A stretch of 64,000 bases of DNA from Candidatus Avelusimicrobium ruminicola (GCA_902764935.1 CACWXQ010000004.1:36562-100561), one strand, 5' to 3'; counted from the first letter of the stretch, positions 9,604 through 20,210 are shown. A program made the numbers and translations. Notes: generated by a model not told the origin, from the sequence alone.

Positions 9604-10317
9604 TTATTTCTCCTCTTCAATTAATTTTGCCGCCCTTAATAAAGGCGTATACAAATCATTTTGTACGGGATATTTTATTTCGTCCCGAGTTACATCCTCC
9701 GTAAATACAACGGGGGCCCCTTCTATCACACAAAGCGGACACTGTTCGGCCGCTTCCCCCATGAGTAGAGCCGCCGTGGTGGCTAAACTATCGGCCACAT
9801 CCACCAGCGTCGTTTGCAGTTTTTTGCCAAAAATGTCTGCCTTCCCGCGCAAATCTTTGACACCGTGAAATCCGGCATAGCCTACAGCCACCGCTATGAC
9901 ACCTGCCCGCAAAGGTAAAATGGCACTATCTGTAATGACAACACCCAAGTTGTGCACCTTCCACGCTTGTTGCAAAGCGGCGCGCAACTCGCGCGCGCAG
10001 GCGTAGCAATCAGGCAGAAAAATCAACTTACCCTTTGCGTTAGACTCGTCAATCCCGGCATTGGTCATAACCATCCCGTCTTTAATCGTAAACCACGCCA
10101 GCGGGGTCTTTAAGGCGGCTTGGCTTTGCCGGCGGATTAGTGTCTCTTTTTGCGCCTTGCTTTGATAATCTACGGCACATCCTTTCCAAAGTGCTACCAC
10201 TTTTGAAGATACGGCCAGCACGGTGTTTTCGGGCACCGTGGGCAAAAAGCGCACAATAAAATCGGCTAAATTTGCCTTTTCTTCAAAGATCTCTGTATGC
10301 ACAGATGTTACTTTCAT
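9604..10317 (-). CDS. CofE-family (F420-0:gamma-glutamyl ligase-like) protein
   Basis: SSKVVALWKG and NAGIDESNA motifs, recalled from PF01996. Identification is by memory only. Confidence 0.55.
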   Translation of the reverse strand: MKVTSVHTEIFEEKANLADFIVRFLPTVPENTVLAVSSKVVALWKGCAVDYQSKAQKETLIRRQSQAALKTPLAWFTIKDGMVMTNAGIDESNAKGKLIFLPDCYACARELRAALQQAWKVHNLGVVITDSAILPLRAGVIAVAVGYAGFHGVKDLRGKADIFGKKLQTTLVDVADSLATTAALLMGEAAEQCPLCVIEGAPVVFTEDVTRDEIKYPVQNDLYTPLLRAAKLIEEEK

Positions 10318-11417
10318 ATTTCCTCAAAAGGGACCACAAAACTGCGCATGACTTCATTGGCTAAATAAAGCCCTTCTTTACTTAATTTTACCTTTTTATC
10401 GGCCTGGGTGAGAAGTCCATTTTGCAAATGTTTCTCTATTTCCGCACCAAACATCTGTTTCTGTAAGGGCGTCAATTCCACCCCATCTAATTGACGAAAG
10501 GCCAGCATAAGCGTCTCCCCTTGCTTTGCCTTGCCCGTTAGTTGTTCGGAAAATGCAATCGGGGTCTTCCCGCTTTCCATACAATCTATATATTCCGCAA
10601 GCGAAGATGTATTTTGCCGGCGTGTACCGTTTCGGTACGAAGCCGCCGCACTGCCCAGCCCCACATACTCCCCGTTTTGCCAATAATTTGTATTGTGCTT
10701 GGCACGCTTGCCCGGCAGTGCATAATTGGAAATTTCATAATGCTCATAGCCTGCTCGCGAGAGGGCGTCGTGGGTTCGTTCCAGCATGGTGCGCATTAAC
10801 AGTTGGTCACATACAACACCTTGTTCAAAGAAGGGCGTGCCCTCCTCTATTTGAAGTCCGTATACGGAAATATGTTCCGGGCGCAACGCAATGAGCCGGT
10901 GCAAACTCTGCAAAAAACTATCCTGGGTTTGCGTAGGCAATCCGGCTATTAAATCCACATTGATATTCTCAAAACCGCCGGCGCGCGCCGCTTGGTAAGC
11001 CTGCAAAAATTGCGCGGCATTGTGGATGCGCCCCAATACTTTTAACTCCTCATCATTAAAACTTTGCAGTCCCATACTAAGGCGGTTAAACCCCATTTGG
11101 CGAAGTAGTGCAATTTTAGAAGGGGTTAAACTCTCCGGGTTGGCCTCAAAGGTACTTTCTATAAAAGAGGAAACCGGAGCGAAATTTTTACAAATAATTT
11201 TATGAAGGCGTTGAAGTTGATGCTCGGCGAGCAGACTGGGCGTTCCACCCCCCACGTAAAGTGTGCTGCACGCAACCCCTTTGTACAAAGCAGCCTCATG
11301 CGCCAAGGCACCTAAATAATCATCTATCCGTTTTTCTTGTCCGGCAAAGGAAGCAAAGTCACAGTAGTTACATTTCTGTTTGCAGAAAGGGATATGAATA
11401 TACAAACCACGCATCAT
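10314..11417 (-). CDS. hemW: Radical SAM heme chaperone HemW (HemN-like)
   Basis: [10 protein letters not shown] radical-SAM CxxxCxxC motif. HemN C-terminal domain. 367 aa. Confidence 0.85.
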   Translation of the reverse strand: MMRGLYIHIPFCKQKCNYCDFASFAGQEKRIDDYLGALAHEAALYKGVACSTLYVGGGTPSLLAEHQLQRLHKIICKNFAPVSSFIESTFEANPESLTPSKIALLRQMGFNRLSMGLQSFNDEELKVLGRIHNAAQFLQAYQAARAGGFENINVDLIAGLPTQTQDSFLQSLHRLIALRPEHISVYGLQIEEGTPFFEQGVVCDQLLMRTMLERTHDALSRAGYEHYEISNYALPGKRAKHNTNYWQNGEYVGLGSAAASYRNGTRRQNTSSLAEYIDCMESGKTPIAFSEQLTGKAKQGETLMLAFRQLDGVELTPLQKQMFGAEIEKHLQNGLLTQADKKVKLSKEGLYLANEVMRSFVVPFEEI

Positions 11418-12535
11418 GCTTGTTTGCGTTGTGCTTCGTAGTTAAGATAGGCCAAAATGAACGGGTCCAACTCGCCATCCATGACCGCAGTAATTTGGCT
11501 GGTTTCGTAACCGCTACGAAGATCTTTCACTAATTGATAGGGCATAAAGACGTAGGAACGGATTTGATGGCCCCAAGCAATTTCCCCTTTTTGACCGTAG
11601 CGTTTTTCCGCTTCGCCGCGTTTTTTATCCATTTCCAATTCGTATAATTTGGCTTTAAGCATTTTCATGGCGGTTTGGCGATTTTGCAATTGACTGCGCT
11701 CTATACGACACGAGACCACAATCCCGGTCGGCTTGTGCAAAAGGCGTACGGCACTTTCCACTTTGTTGACGTTTTGGCCGCCATGGCCCCCGGCGCGGGA
11801 AGTTTCCAACTCAATATCGCTCTCCGGGATTTCAATATTGATGTCTTCGTCAATATCCGGCAACACATCACAAGAGGCAAAAGACGTGTGCCGCCTGGCA
11901 TTGGCATCAAAAGGGGACACACGCACCAACCGGTGCACACCGTTTTCTCCTTTGAGGTAGCCATACGCAAACGGGCCTTCCACCATGGCAGAAAGCGTTT
12001 TAATGCCGGCTTCATCCCCGGGTTGAGAATCTAAAATAGAAAACTTAAAGCCATGCTGTTCGGCCCAACGCGTATACATACGCACCAACATTTGCGCCCA
12101 ATCGCACGATTCGGTACCGCCGGCCCCGGCATGAATTGTTAAAATAGCATTTAACTTGTCATTGGGTTCACTCAGGCGGATGGCGGCTTCCTTCTGGGCG
12201 ACGTGTTTCTCAGTTTCCGCTAAAGACACAAACAAATTGTTAAGTTCTTGCTGATCTTGCATTTCTTTGCACAGTTCAAACAAGGCTTGGGCATCTTCCA
12301 TGCGTTTTTGCAACTCAAAAAAAGTATCAATCGCTGTTTTGAGCAGATCAATTTGACGGCTCACTTCTTTGGCTTTTTGAGTATCGTTCCAAAATTCCGG
12401 GGCCGCCGAAACCTGTTGCAAAGAAGCCAGTTCTTGCTGTTTCTGCGCTACTTTATCAATAGATTTAATTTTACTTACCCGGGCAGATAACTCTTCAATC
12501 TTTTGCTCAACGTCCTTAAATTCCACATTATTCAT
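11414..12535 (-). CDS. prfB: Peptide chain release factor 2
   Basis: SPF tripeptide (RVSPFD) and GGQ ([10 protein letters not shown]). Uninterrupted 373-aa ORF. Confidence 0.9.
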   Translation of the reverse strand: MNNVEFKDVEQKIEELSARVSKIKSIDKVAQKQQELASLQQVSAAPEFWNDTQKAKEVSRQIDLLKTAIDTFFELQKRMEDAQALFELCKEMQDQQELNNLFVSLAETEKHVAQKEAAIRLSEPNDKLNAILTIHAGAGGTESCDWAQMLVRMYTRWAEQHGFKFSILDSQPGDEAGIKTLSAMVEGPFAYGYLKGENGVHRLVRVSPFDANARRHTSFASCDVLPDIDEDINIEIPESDIELETSRAGGHGGQNVNKVESAVRLLHKPTGIVVSCRIERSQLQNRQTAMKMLKAKLYELEMDKKRGEAEKRYGQKGEIAWGHQIRSYVFMPYQLVKDLRSGYETSQITAVMDGELDPFILAYLNYEAQRKQA

Positions 12536-14147
12536 ATAAGAATACTATCGTAGAAATTCCAATCGTAAAGAACAAAATAGCGCAGATCCAGGCGAACCAA
12601 TCCCCCCACTGCGTATAAAAGGTATTTCGTTCCGTTACCGAAAGCGGCACACTGGCCGTTAAAATTTCTTGCGTAAATAAATTAGATTGTTGCTTAATGT
12701 TACCAAAAGCGTCAATATAAGCCGAGAAACCGGTGTTAGCCGCACGTAATACAGGGCGTCCGTTTTCCACAGCACGCAGTACGTTAGCGGCTAAATGCTG
12801 ATACGGGGCGGCCGTATTAAAGAACCAGGCATCATTGGTAATATTCACAAATAACTGGGCCCCTGTTTTATTCTGTTGGCGCCATAACTGCGGGAAAATA
12901 GACTCGTAACATACCGTAGTGCCTAATTTGACACCGCCGGCATCCAGCAACGGTTGCCCTTGGGGACCGGGCACAAAAGAGCCCAAAGCGCCCATAACTT
13001 CAATATCTTTAAGGACATATTGCAATAGACGCTCAAAAGGAATAAACTCGCCAAACGGGACCAGTTTTTCTTTGCGATAAGCAGACAAGCCCTCTCCGTC
13101 AGGGGTCATCAAATAGGCTCCCACGTATTGGGCCTGTTCGGTAGCAATATTGGAACCCAGCACCTGGTAGGCTGCGCTTTGTTTGCCAATATCGGCAAAC
13201 AAATTAAAATATTTTTCATCCGTTAACGAACCCGGCACCACGCTTTCGGGCCAAACGGCCAGATACGTCCCCGTACCACTAAGTTGTTGTCCCATGTTTT
13301 TTAAGGTATTGGCAATTTCTTCTTCATATTCCGGGGTCCATTTTTTGTACTGGTCTATATTGGGTTGAAGCAGAGCAGCCTGTACGGTTAATAAAGAGCG
13401 CGGATGTTCCAAGAAACGGGCCATTTTATGTTGCATGTGTCTGCCAAAACCATAGACGCTGACAAAAACGATAGTTGCCAGCACTAACTGCCATAACCCT
13501 TTACGAAGACCCCGTTGGCCAAAGCACCACCCTACGCTGGACCCCACAAAGCATAACAAGAAACTAATCCCATATACTCCCGTGAAAGAGGCAATATATA
13601 AGACAGCCGGCACGTTCCATTGGGTATATCCTAACATCACCCACGGGAAACCCAATCCGTAAAAAGCAATCATTTGGTGGAGCCACTCCAACGCTACCCA
13701 GCCACAAGCGGCCAAAATTGGGAAAAATCCCCCTGTTTTTTTAAGGAAATGGCACGCTCCCCCAAACACGGCAAACTGCAACGCCAATAAACCGGACAAA
13801 CCTAACCAAGCGGTTAAAGAGAGTGCGTGAGAAAGGCCCCCTCCATTAAGACAGGTATAATAAATCCACGACAACAAGACCGCATTACTAACCAGGCCCG
13901 CCAACCAACCGTAAAATACAGATCCCCAAAATCCGCGGATATGGCATATACCCCAAATAAAAGGAGCCACAATAAACCACGCCGCAAAAGAAAAGGAAAT
14001 CTTGGGGTAACTGATATAAAACAAACCGGCACAAAGCAACAGACAAACGACTAAAAACAGGCCATGGCTTACATGGCCAATGAATAATTTTATCCGTTGC
14101 CAAAACCGCGCGGGTTGTTTTGTAGATTCGTCCTGTGTCTCTGCCAT
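12528..14147 (-). CDS. lnt: Apolipoprotein N-acyltransferase
   Basis: N-terminal polytopic membrane domain plus a CN-hydrolase domain with VCYESIFP. Confidence 0.85.
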   Translation of the reverse strand: MAETQDESTKQPARFWQRIKLFIGHVSHGLFLVVCLLLCAGLFYISYPKISFSFAAWFIVAPFIWGICHIRGFWGSVFYGWLAGLVSNAVLLSWIYYTCLNGGGLSHALSLTAWLGLSGLLALQFAVFGGACHFLKKTGGFFPILAACGWVALEWLHQMIAFYGLGFPWVMLGYTQWNVPAVLYIASFTGVYGISFLLCFVGSSVGWCFGQRGLRKGLWQLVLATIVFVSVYGFGRHMQHKMARFLEHPRSLLTVQAALLQPNIDQYKKWTPEYEEEIANTLKNMGQQLSGTGTYLAVWPESVVPGSLTDEKYFNLFADIGKQSAAYQVLGSNIATEQAQYVGAYLMTPDGEGLSAYRKEKLVPFGEFIPFERLLQYVLKDIEVMGALGSFVPGPQGQPLLDAGGVKLGTTVCYESIFPQLWRQQNKTGAQLFVNITNDAWFFNTAAPYQHLAANVLRAVENGRPVLRAANTGFSAYIDAFGNIKQQSNLFTQEILTASVPLSVTERNTFYTQWGDWFAWICAILFFTIGISTIVFLYE

Positions 14148-14150
14148 AAC

Positions 14151-14582
14151 TTAATACGTAATTTTACACCTATGCGCTTTACATACAGCCCGGGCCGAAG
14201 CACTACACTCTTTGACCGTAGAGGGCTGTGAGGAACACGCCTTGGTGACCATGCGGGACCCGTTAAGCGCATTAAAATCCGTAATATAATTTACATTGAT
14301 GGCGACCACGCCGGAAGGACCTGCCGCGCAACCGCACGGATCTTTATCCACAATCAAGCAATCGTCGTCTTGTTTGCAGGAATAAATCCGGTTTAAGCGG
14401 GCTTTGCGGGCCGCTTCCTGTTCGGCTTTTTCGGCCGCCTCTTTTTTGGCCACTAATTCCTCTTTGGTTAACTGCGGAACATGTACTGCAATCGGCAAAT
14501 CATGCGATAAGAACAACGGGATCAACAGTAAGACCACAATCGTACAGGTCAAAAGCCAGATATTTGAGAACATTTTTTTCAT
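14151..14582 (-). CDS. Hypothetical membrane-anchored Cys-rich protein
   Basis: MKKMF start forms an ATGA overlap with the secA stop. One TM segment, a charged helix, then a domain with 8 Cys. The stop is 3 nt before the lnt start. Confidence 0.5.
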   Translation of the reverse strand: MKKMFSNIWLLTCTIVVLLLIPLFLSHDLPIAVHVPQLTKEELVAKKEAAEKAEQEAARKARLNRIYSCKQDDDCLIVDKDPCGCAAGPSGVVAINVNYITDFNALNGSRMVTKACSSQPSTVKECSASARAVCKAHRCKITY

Positions 14583-17170
14583 TGGTTCGCTCCACAACAT
14601 TTCTTATATTTTTTCCCGCTTCCGCACGGGCAAGGGTCATTACGCCCGATATGTTTTTGCACGGGAGCGTTCTGATCCGGGTTTTTAGCAGCCGCCGCTT
14701 GTGCCCGCTCGGCAGCAGTGCGCCGCGGAGGCAGTTGCAAGCGGAAAATGTAACTGACCATTAAATCGCGGATGCGGTTCATCATGGCCGAGTATAACTT
14801 GTACGACTCTTTTTGATATTCAATAAGCGGATCTTTTTGCGCATATCCGCGTAAACTTACGCTGTTTTGCAACTGATCCAACTCATACAAATTTTGCTTC
14901 CAGGCCGTATCAATAATTTGTAACAAGAGCATCCGTTCAATTTCGCCGAAATCAAGGCCTTGCTCAGCAAAATATAACGTGCGTTGCGCATACAAATCTT
15001 TCACGGTGTTCATAATGTCTTGCACTAATTCCTCTTGCGATTTTTTCCCGATATTTTCGGCCGTCAGTTCAAACGGTAACGGGAAAAATTGATGCAACCC
15101 GGCATTAAGTGCCACAAAGTTGGATTTTTGGGGATGTTGCGGGATATAATATTGCTCCACCAATTCATCTACAATTTCTTCCATCATTTGATGAGATTTT
15201 TCCGTCATATTTTCCCCGTCTAAAATGGCATTACGGAGACCATAAATGGCGGTACGCTGTTGGTTCATGACTTTATCGTAGTCCAGCAGTTGTTTGCGGA
15301 TGTCAAAGTTGCGCCCTTCTACCATACGTTGCGCCCCTTCAATTTGGCGGGAAAGTAGGAACGACTCAATCGCCTCGCCTTCCTTCATCCCCACGCGCGA
15401 CAAAATGGACCCAATTTTTTGTGAGTTGGCAAACAAGCGCATCAGCTCGTCGTCTAGCGCGATATAAAAGCGTGAACTGCCCGGGTCACCTTGCCGGGCA
15501 CAGCGTCCGCGCAACTGGTTATCAATACGCCGACTTTCATGGCGTTCGCTACCAATAACGTGCAACCCGCCCAAATTGATCACTGCTTCTTGTTCTTCGG
15601 GCGTAGCCGGATTGCCGCCTAACACAATATCTGTACCGCGGCCGGCCATGTTGGTAGCGATCGTTACCGCCCCTTTGCGCCCGGCTTGGCTGATAATTTG
15701 CGCTTCCATTTCATGGTATTTAGCATTTAATACTTTGTGCGGAATCCCTTTTTGACGCAACATTTGGCTTAATTTTTCGGACTTTTCAATACTGCGCGTC
15801 CCCACCAGCACCGGGGCTCCTTGCTTCCACAGTTGTTCTACTTCATCCACAATGGCATTAAATTTGGCCCGTTCGGTAAGGTACACAGAGTCCGGGAAAT
15901 CAATACGTTTGGAAGGACGGTTAGGCCGGATTTCTACGACGTCCAGTTTATAAATTTGCCAAAATTCGTTGGCCTCCGTCATAGCGGTACCCGTCATACC
16001 GGAAAGTTTGTTATACAGTTTGAAGAAATTCTGGAACGTGATGGTCGCTAACGTCTGGTTTTCTTCTTTAATTTGCAGACCTTCCTTGGCTTCTACCGCC
16101 TGATGCAGGCCATCACTCCAGCGGCGGCCCGGCATTAAACGCCCGGTAAATTCGTCTACAATAATCACTTCCCCGTCTTTGACAACGTAGTCCACATCCC
16201 GTTCATACAAGTGGTGCGCCCGAAGCGCTTGGTTGATGTGATGCACCCACTCCGATTGTACATCATCATACAGGTTGGGTACGTTTAAGAATTTTTCCGC
16301 CTTGGCAATACCGGTATCCGTAAGCGTAGCGGTATGCGCCTTTTCGTCAATAATTGCATCTACGCCTTCATCCAGGTTAATGCCTTCGTATTTGGCTTTT
16401 ACTTCATCTTTTTCTGTAATTAAACGGACTTTCAACGAAGGAATTAAACGGTTGACGATATAGTATTTATCGGTACTTTGATCGGACGGACCGGAAATAA
16501 TAAGCGGCGTGCGGGCCTCGTCAATTAAAATGGAGTCAACTTCGTCCACAATACAATAATTTAACGGACGGAGCACGCGGTCGTTGCGGCTAATGACCAT
16601 ATTGTCGCGCAAATAATCAAATCCTAATTCGTTATTGGTGACATACGTAATGTCTTTTTGGTACATTTCGCGACGTTCCGAATTTTCCATATCGTGGCCA
16701 ATAAAACCCACCGTTAAACCTAAAAATTCGTGAATAGGGCCCATCCACTGGCGGTCACGCTTGGCTAAGTAGTCGTTGACGGTAACTACGTGTACCCCTT
16801 TGCCAGTAAGCGCATTTAAGTAAGACGGCAACACAGCAACCAGCGTTTTCCCTTCCCCGGTACGCATTTCCGCAATTTTTCCTTGGTGAAGCACTATGCC
16901 TCCTAATAGTTGCACATCATAGGGGCGTAACCCAATGACGCGTTTGGCGGCTTCGCGCACCGTGGCAAAGGCTTCCGCCAAAATATCATCTAGCGTTTCG
17001 CCCTGGGCCAAGCGATTCTTAAATTCTTGCGTTTTGGCTTTTAATTCATCGTCGCTCAAAGCCTCCATCTGCGACTCCAAAGAATTAGCCTTATCTACAT
17101 AATGTTGAATTTTCTTTAAGTCTCTTTCGCTTTTTGTTCCAAAAATTTTGTTAATTACAGTTTGAATCAT
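14579..17170 (-). CDS. secA: Preprotein translocase ATPase SecA
   Basis: MRTGEGKTLV Walker A, DEVDSILIDEARTPLIISG, and C-terminal zinc motif CPCGSGKKYKKCCG. Confidence 0.97.
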   Translation of the reverse strand: MIQTVINKIFGTKSERDLKKIQHYVDKANSLESQMEALSDDELKAKTQEFKNRLAQGETLDDILAEAFATVREAAKRVIGLRPYDVQLLGGIVLHQGKIAEMRTGEGKTLVAVLPSYLNALTGKGVHVVTVNDYLAKRDRQWMGPIHEFLGLTVGFIGHDMENSERREMYQKDITYVTNNELGFDYLRDNMVISRNDRVLRPLNYCIVDEVDSILIDEARTPLIISGPSDQSTDKYYIVNRLIPSLKVRLITEKDEVKAKYEGINLDEGVDAIIDEKAHTATLTDTGIAKAEKFLNVPNLYDDVQSEWVHHINQALRAHHLYERDVDYVVKDGEVIIVDEFTGRLMPGRRWSDGLHQAVEAKEGLQIKEENQTLATITFQNFFKLYNKLSGMTGTAMTEANEFWQIYKLDVVEIRPNRPSKRIDFPDSVYLTERAKFNAIVDEVEQLWKQGAPVLVGTRSIEKSEKLSQMLRQKGIPHKVLNAKYHEMEAQIISQAGRKGAVTIATNMAGRGTDIVLGGNPATPEEQEAVINLGGLHVIGSERHESRRIDNQLRGRCARQGDPGSSRFYIALDDELMRLFANSQKIGSILSRVGMKEGEAIESFLLSRQIEGAQRMVEGRNFDIRKQLLDYDKVMNQQRTAIYGLRNAILDGENMTEKSHQMMEEIVDELVEQYYIPQHPQKSNFVALNAGLHQFFPLPFELTAENIGKKSQEELVQDIMNTVKDLYAQRTLYFAEQGLDFGEIERMLLLQIIDTAWKQNLYELDQLQNSVSLRGYAQKDPLIEYQKESYKLYSAMMNRIRDLMVSYIFRLQLPPRRTAAERAQAAAAKNPDQNAPVQKHIGRNDPCPCGSGKKYKKCCGANQ

Positions 17171-17217
17171 AGTTAAAATCCTTTTTAAGTAAAATGTATG
17201 AAGTACGACAAATAAAC

Positions 17218-17856
17218 CTACTCTGCCACCGGCTTTTTGTGTTTGGTTTTAACTTGCAAATTGGTCGTTTCCCGCAGAGCCGTCTGCTCGGCTTGCACTT
17301 GCGCTTGGGCTTGGTATAATGTGGCCTGGACCAACCCCGTCAAATGTTCGCCCACATCCGTTTGTAAATTTTTCAGTTCCGCTTCTAAGGCGGAGATAAC
17401 CGGCCGATTAGCGGGCGCGTGCAATTTCTTATACTGGGCCAACAATTCCGTTTTCGTCTGTACGCTTACCGCCCAAATGCGTGCCAAAATGCCGCGCAAA
17501 CGTTCCTGGGCATATTGGCGAGCAGCAGGCTCTACCTCTTGCCCGGCGTACGAATAACGCACCGCTTGTTCATAGCCTTGTGTTACCTCATACAGGTCAA
17601 GGGAATTGTCAAAATTACGCGCCAAGGCGGCTAGTTCATACCGGCCCGCCAAATCGTCGGCGGGTTGTTTGCTAAGATAAGACGAAATCAGTTCATCTAC
17701 TAATTGGGAAACCGCCGAACTTTGTGCGGCACGTTCTAAAAGTTGCGGATTAAAATCGCCCACAATTTGGCGTGCTTTTTCGGCGGAAAGAGCCCCCTGT
17801 GCATACAGCGCAGAGGTCAACGTCATCGTAGCCAATAGAAATAAACCGCGTTTCAT
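17218..17856 (-). CDS. Hypothetical secreted protein
   Basis: Signal peptide MKRGLFLLATMTLTSALYAQ. No family recognised. Confidence 0.5.
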   Translation of the reverse strand: MKRGLFLLATMTLTSALYAQGALSAEKARQIVGDFNPQLLERAAQSSAVSQLVDELISSYLSKQPADDLAGRYELAALARNFDNSLDLYEVTQGYEQAVRYSYAGQEVEPAARQYAQERLRGILARIWAVSVQTKTELLAQYKKLHAPANRPVISALEAELKNLQTDVGEHLTGLVQATLYQAQAQVQAEQTALRETTNLQVKTKHKKPVAE

Positions 17857-17920
17857 AAAAATTCCTTCTATTATTTTACTATATTCTAGGTACGCGCGTG
17901 CGAAATTCTTCCATAAAATT

Positions 17921-17941
17921 AGGCGCCCCTGTGGGGCGCCT
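17921..17941 (-). terminator. Hairpin terminator
   Basis: AGGCGCCCC-TGT-GGGGCGCCT perfect 9-bp stem, just downstream of the 17964 stop. Confidence 0.6.
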
Positions 17942-17963
17942 GTTTTGTAAATTCCTCTTGGGG

Positions 17964-18437
17964 TTAGCGGGCCGCCGTGCGGAAGAAGTTGCCCTTGACG
18001 TTTTTGGCCAGTTGCACTTTGCCTAAGGTTTTGTCAGCCTCTACGGACACATCTTTTGTGTGGGCCGTCACAAAGCCATCCACGGAGCCAAACACGTCTC
18101 CCTCTTTAATAATACCTAATTGCCCATGGCTGTTGATTTGCACTTCCAACTTCAAATCGCCTTCTACGCTTTCAGCCAGCAAATCTTCTTCCCCTAACGT
18201 AAAACTAAGCGGAAATTTAGGGTTTACAACCCGTTTAATAGCCACGGGCACATCCGCTTCGTTCTTTACAATAATAGCGCAGGCATTATTATCGGCTTGC
18301 GCCAATGACAATAAACGTTCCGGCACATTTACCGTACCGGCTACATCAAAACGGGCTTCTTGCGCAGAGCGGTGCACACAATAGTAACACACCCCTACGC
18401 TTACAGCAGCTAAACATAATGCAAGAATCTTTCTCAT
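17964..18437 (-). CDS. Hypothetical exported protein
   Basis: N-terminal hydrophobic anchor. The GTVNV...PVAI.R....FPLSFTL...D...V...GD pattern loosely recalls the CcmI C-terminal domain (by memory). Confidence 0.45.
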   Translation of the reverse strand: MRKILALCLAAVSVGVCYYCVHRSAQEARFDVAGTVNVPERLLSLAQADNNACAIIVKNEADVPVAIKRVVNPKFPLSFTLGEEDLLAESVEGDLKLEVQINSHGQLGIIKEGDVFGSVDGFVTAHTKDVSVEADKTLGKVQLAKNVKGNFFRTAAR

Positions 18438-18492
18438 ACTAATATTTTAGCCTAAATCAGACAACTTTGGCAAGTTTTCTTTTTCTAAAAGC

Positions 18493-18522
18493 ACAAAACA
18501 CACAATTCTTTGTGTGTTTTGT
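18493..18522 (-). terminator. Hairpin terminator
   Basis: ACAAAACACACAA-TTCT-TTGTGTGTTTTGT perfect 13-bp stem, downstream of the SH3b gene. Confidence 0.65.
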
Positions 18523-18549
18523 ACTTAATAATCTATCTTACGCAAAAAC

Positions 18550-19017
18550 TTATTGCTTAAAGAAACCCCACAAGTTGGCATTATATACCCAACCCGTGCA
18601 CACGCCGTCGGAGGCTTTAAGCGGTTCATCTTTGACTTGAATCCATTTCCCTTTTTTGGAAATATACTTAAAGGGGTAGCCTTTTTCTACCGTGCAGACA
18701 ATATCTCCGCTGGCGGAAGGGGTAGCGCGTACATTTAAGTCAATCTTGGCAGACATACCGCCATTGGGGCTTAACAAAGAGGCAGCAATCCAGCCTTGGT
18801 ATCCTTCAAAATCTTTTATCAGTACCCAGTCTTTGGCTTCGTTGGTTTGAAGCATAATAACGGGTGTATAGCGCCAAGCGTGCCATTTAATAGCACAGTT
18901 CGTTCCCGCACAGGTGCGGATGTTAGCTTCTTTAGCATTGATGCTGGCATATTTTTGGGCAAAGGCCGGTACGCTGACGATAGTACAAAGTGCAAATAAA
19001 GCAATTAGTTTCTTCAT
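18550..19017 (-). CDS. Secreted tandem bacterial SH3 (SH3b) domain protein
   Basis: Signal peptide. Two units of the type N.R.....S..I........P......G.W..V....G..GW....L. Confidence 0.6.
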   Translation of the reverse strand: MKKLIALFALCTIVSVPAFAQKYASINAKEANIRTCAGTNCAIKWHAWRYTPVIMLQTNEAKDWVLIKDFEGYQGWIAASLLSPNGGMSAKIDLNVRATPSASGDIVCTVEKGYPFKYISKKGKWIQVKDEPLKASDGVCTGWVYNANLWGFFKQ

Positions 19018-19155
19018 AAAGCTCCTTTTTGTCTAGGGATTACTCCTATGTTATAAGTATAGCAATACTGGGGAAATCTTTGCAAGTTTTTTTTAGTTTG
19101 TTTGGCTCATTTTCAAAAAAGGTATAATATAAGTATATTCTAATAGGAGAATTTT

Positions 19156-19380
19156 ATGAAAGAAGCTGTAGAAAAAGTTATTAACGAAATCCGCCCCATT
19201 TTACAAGCGGACGGCGGCGATATTGAACTAGTTAGCGTAGACGAAAAGACCGGCATTGTAACCGTTGGTTTACGCGGACATTGCGGCAGCTGTCCCCACG
19301 CGCAAATGACCTTGCAAGCCGTTGTGGAACGCCGCATTAAAGAAGTGGTCCCCGGTGTAAACGCCGTAGAACGCGTTTAA
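19156..19380 (+). CDS. NifU-like Fe-S cluster domain protein (Nfu C-terminal type)
   Basis: 74 aa. IRPILQADGGDIELV and GHCGSCPHAQMTL CxxC motif. Confidence 0.85.
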   Translation: MKEAVEKVINEIRPILQADGGDIELVSVDEKTGIVTVGLRGHCGSCPHAQMTLQAVVERRIKEVVPGVNAVERV

Positions 19381-20196
19381 TTGGCTATGCCGGTTGTGGA
19401 CCTGCACACCCATTCCTGTTTTTCCGACGGGACCAGCTCCCCGGAAGAAGTAGTGCACGCCGCGCTTAAAAGCGGGGTGCAAATTTTTGCACTTACCGAT
19501 CACGACACCATGGAAGGAACTGCGCGAGCCCACGCCCTAGCCAGCGAACGTAAACTAAAATTTTTATACGGGGTAGAAATCAGCACGTGCGAGCATAACC
19601 ACTTGCACTTTACCGGCTATAATATAGACGTTCATGATACGGATTTTCAAACTTTTTTAGCGGAGAATCGCCAAAAGCGCACCGGACGGATCCGCCAGGT
19701 AATCAAACAACTGCAAGCCGCAGGCGTAGAAATTACAGAAGAAGAGGTGTTTTCACGCGCAGAAAATACCATATCCCGTGCCCACGTGGCCGACACGCTT
19801 AAAGCCAAAGGTTATGCCCCTACGCGCCAGGCGGCCTTCCGCAAGTATTTAGTGGAGGGGATGCCCGGCTATGTTGCGCCAATCGGGGTGAGTGCCGTAG
19901 AAGCCATCCGTCGCATCAAAAAAGCCGGCGGCATAGCGGTGATAGCGCACCCGGGCATTGTAACAGAACAGTGGAACTTTCCGGCGTGGAAGGAAGCAGG
20001 ATTAGACGGGATTGAAGTGTTTTATCCGGCGCACTCATTTAGTATGCGCCAAGAACTTTTACACTTAGCGGATAAATACGGGCTTTTTGCCTCTGCCGGG
20101 TCCGATTATCACGGCCCCAAGGGAGGACGGTGTTCCACCCCTGGGATGCAAATTCCGCAAAATCACTACAACCGGTTGCTTAGCACTTTGTTTTAA
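19381..20196 (+). CDS. PHP-domain phosphoesterase (TrpH/YciV-like)
   Basis: VDLHTHSCFSDG and ALTDHDT motifs. Start is TTG at 19381 or ATG at 19387. Confidence 0.8.
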   Translation: MAMPVVDLHTHSCFSDGTSSPEEVVHAALKSGVQIFALTDHDTMEGTARAHALASERKLKFLYGVEISTCEHNHLHFTGYNIDVHDTDFQTFLAENRQKRTGRIRQVIKQLQAAGVEITEEEVFSRAENTISRAHVADTLKAKGYAPTRQAAFRKYLVEGMPGYVAPIGVSAVEAIRRIKKAGGIAVIAHPGIVTEQWNFPAWKEAGLDGIEVFYPAHSFSMRQELLHLADKYGLFASAGSDYHGPKGGRCSTPGMQIPQNHYNRLLSTLF

Positions 20197-20210
20197 GTAT
20201 AATCCACAAC

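Noticed and set aside
11414-12535. Programmed +1 frameshift site in prfB.
   Set aside because: The ORF is continuous from the ATG at 12535 through the region where the CTT-TGA-C site normally sits. This RF2 is one of the frameshift-free versions, which is not unusual.
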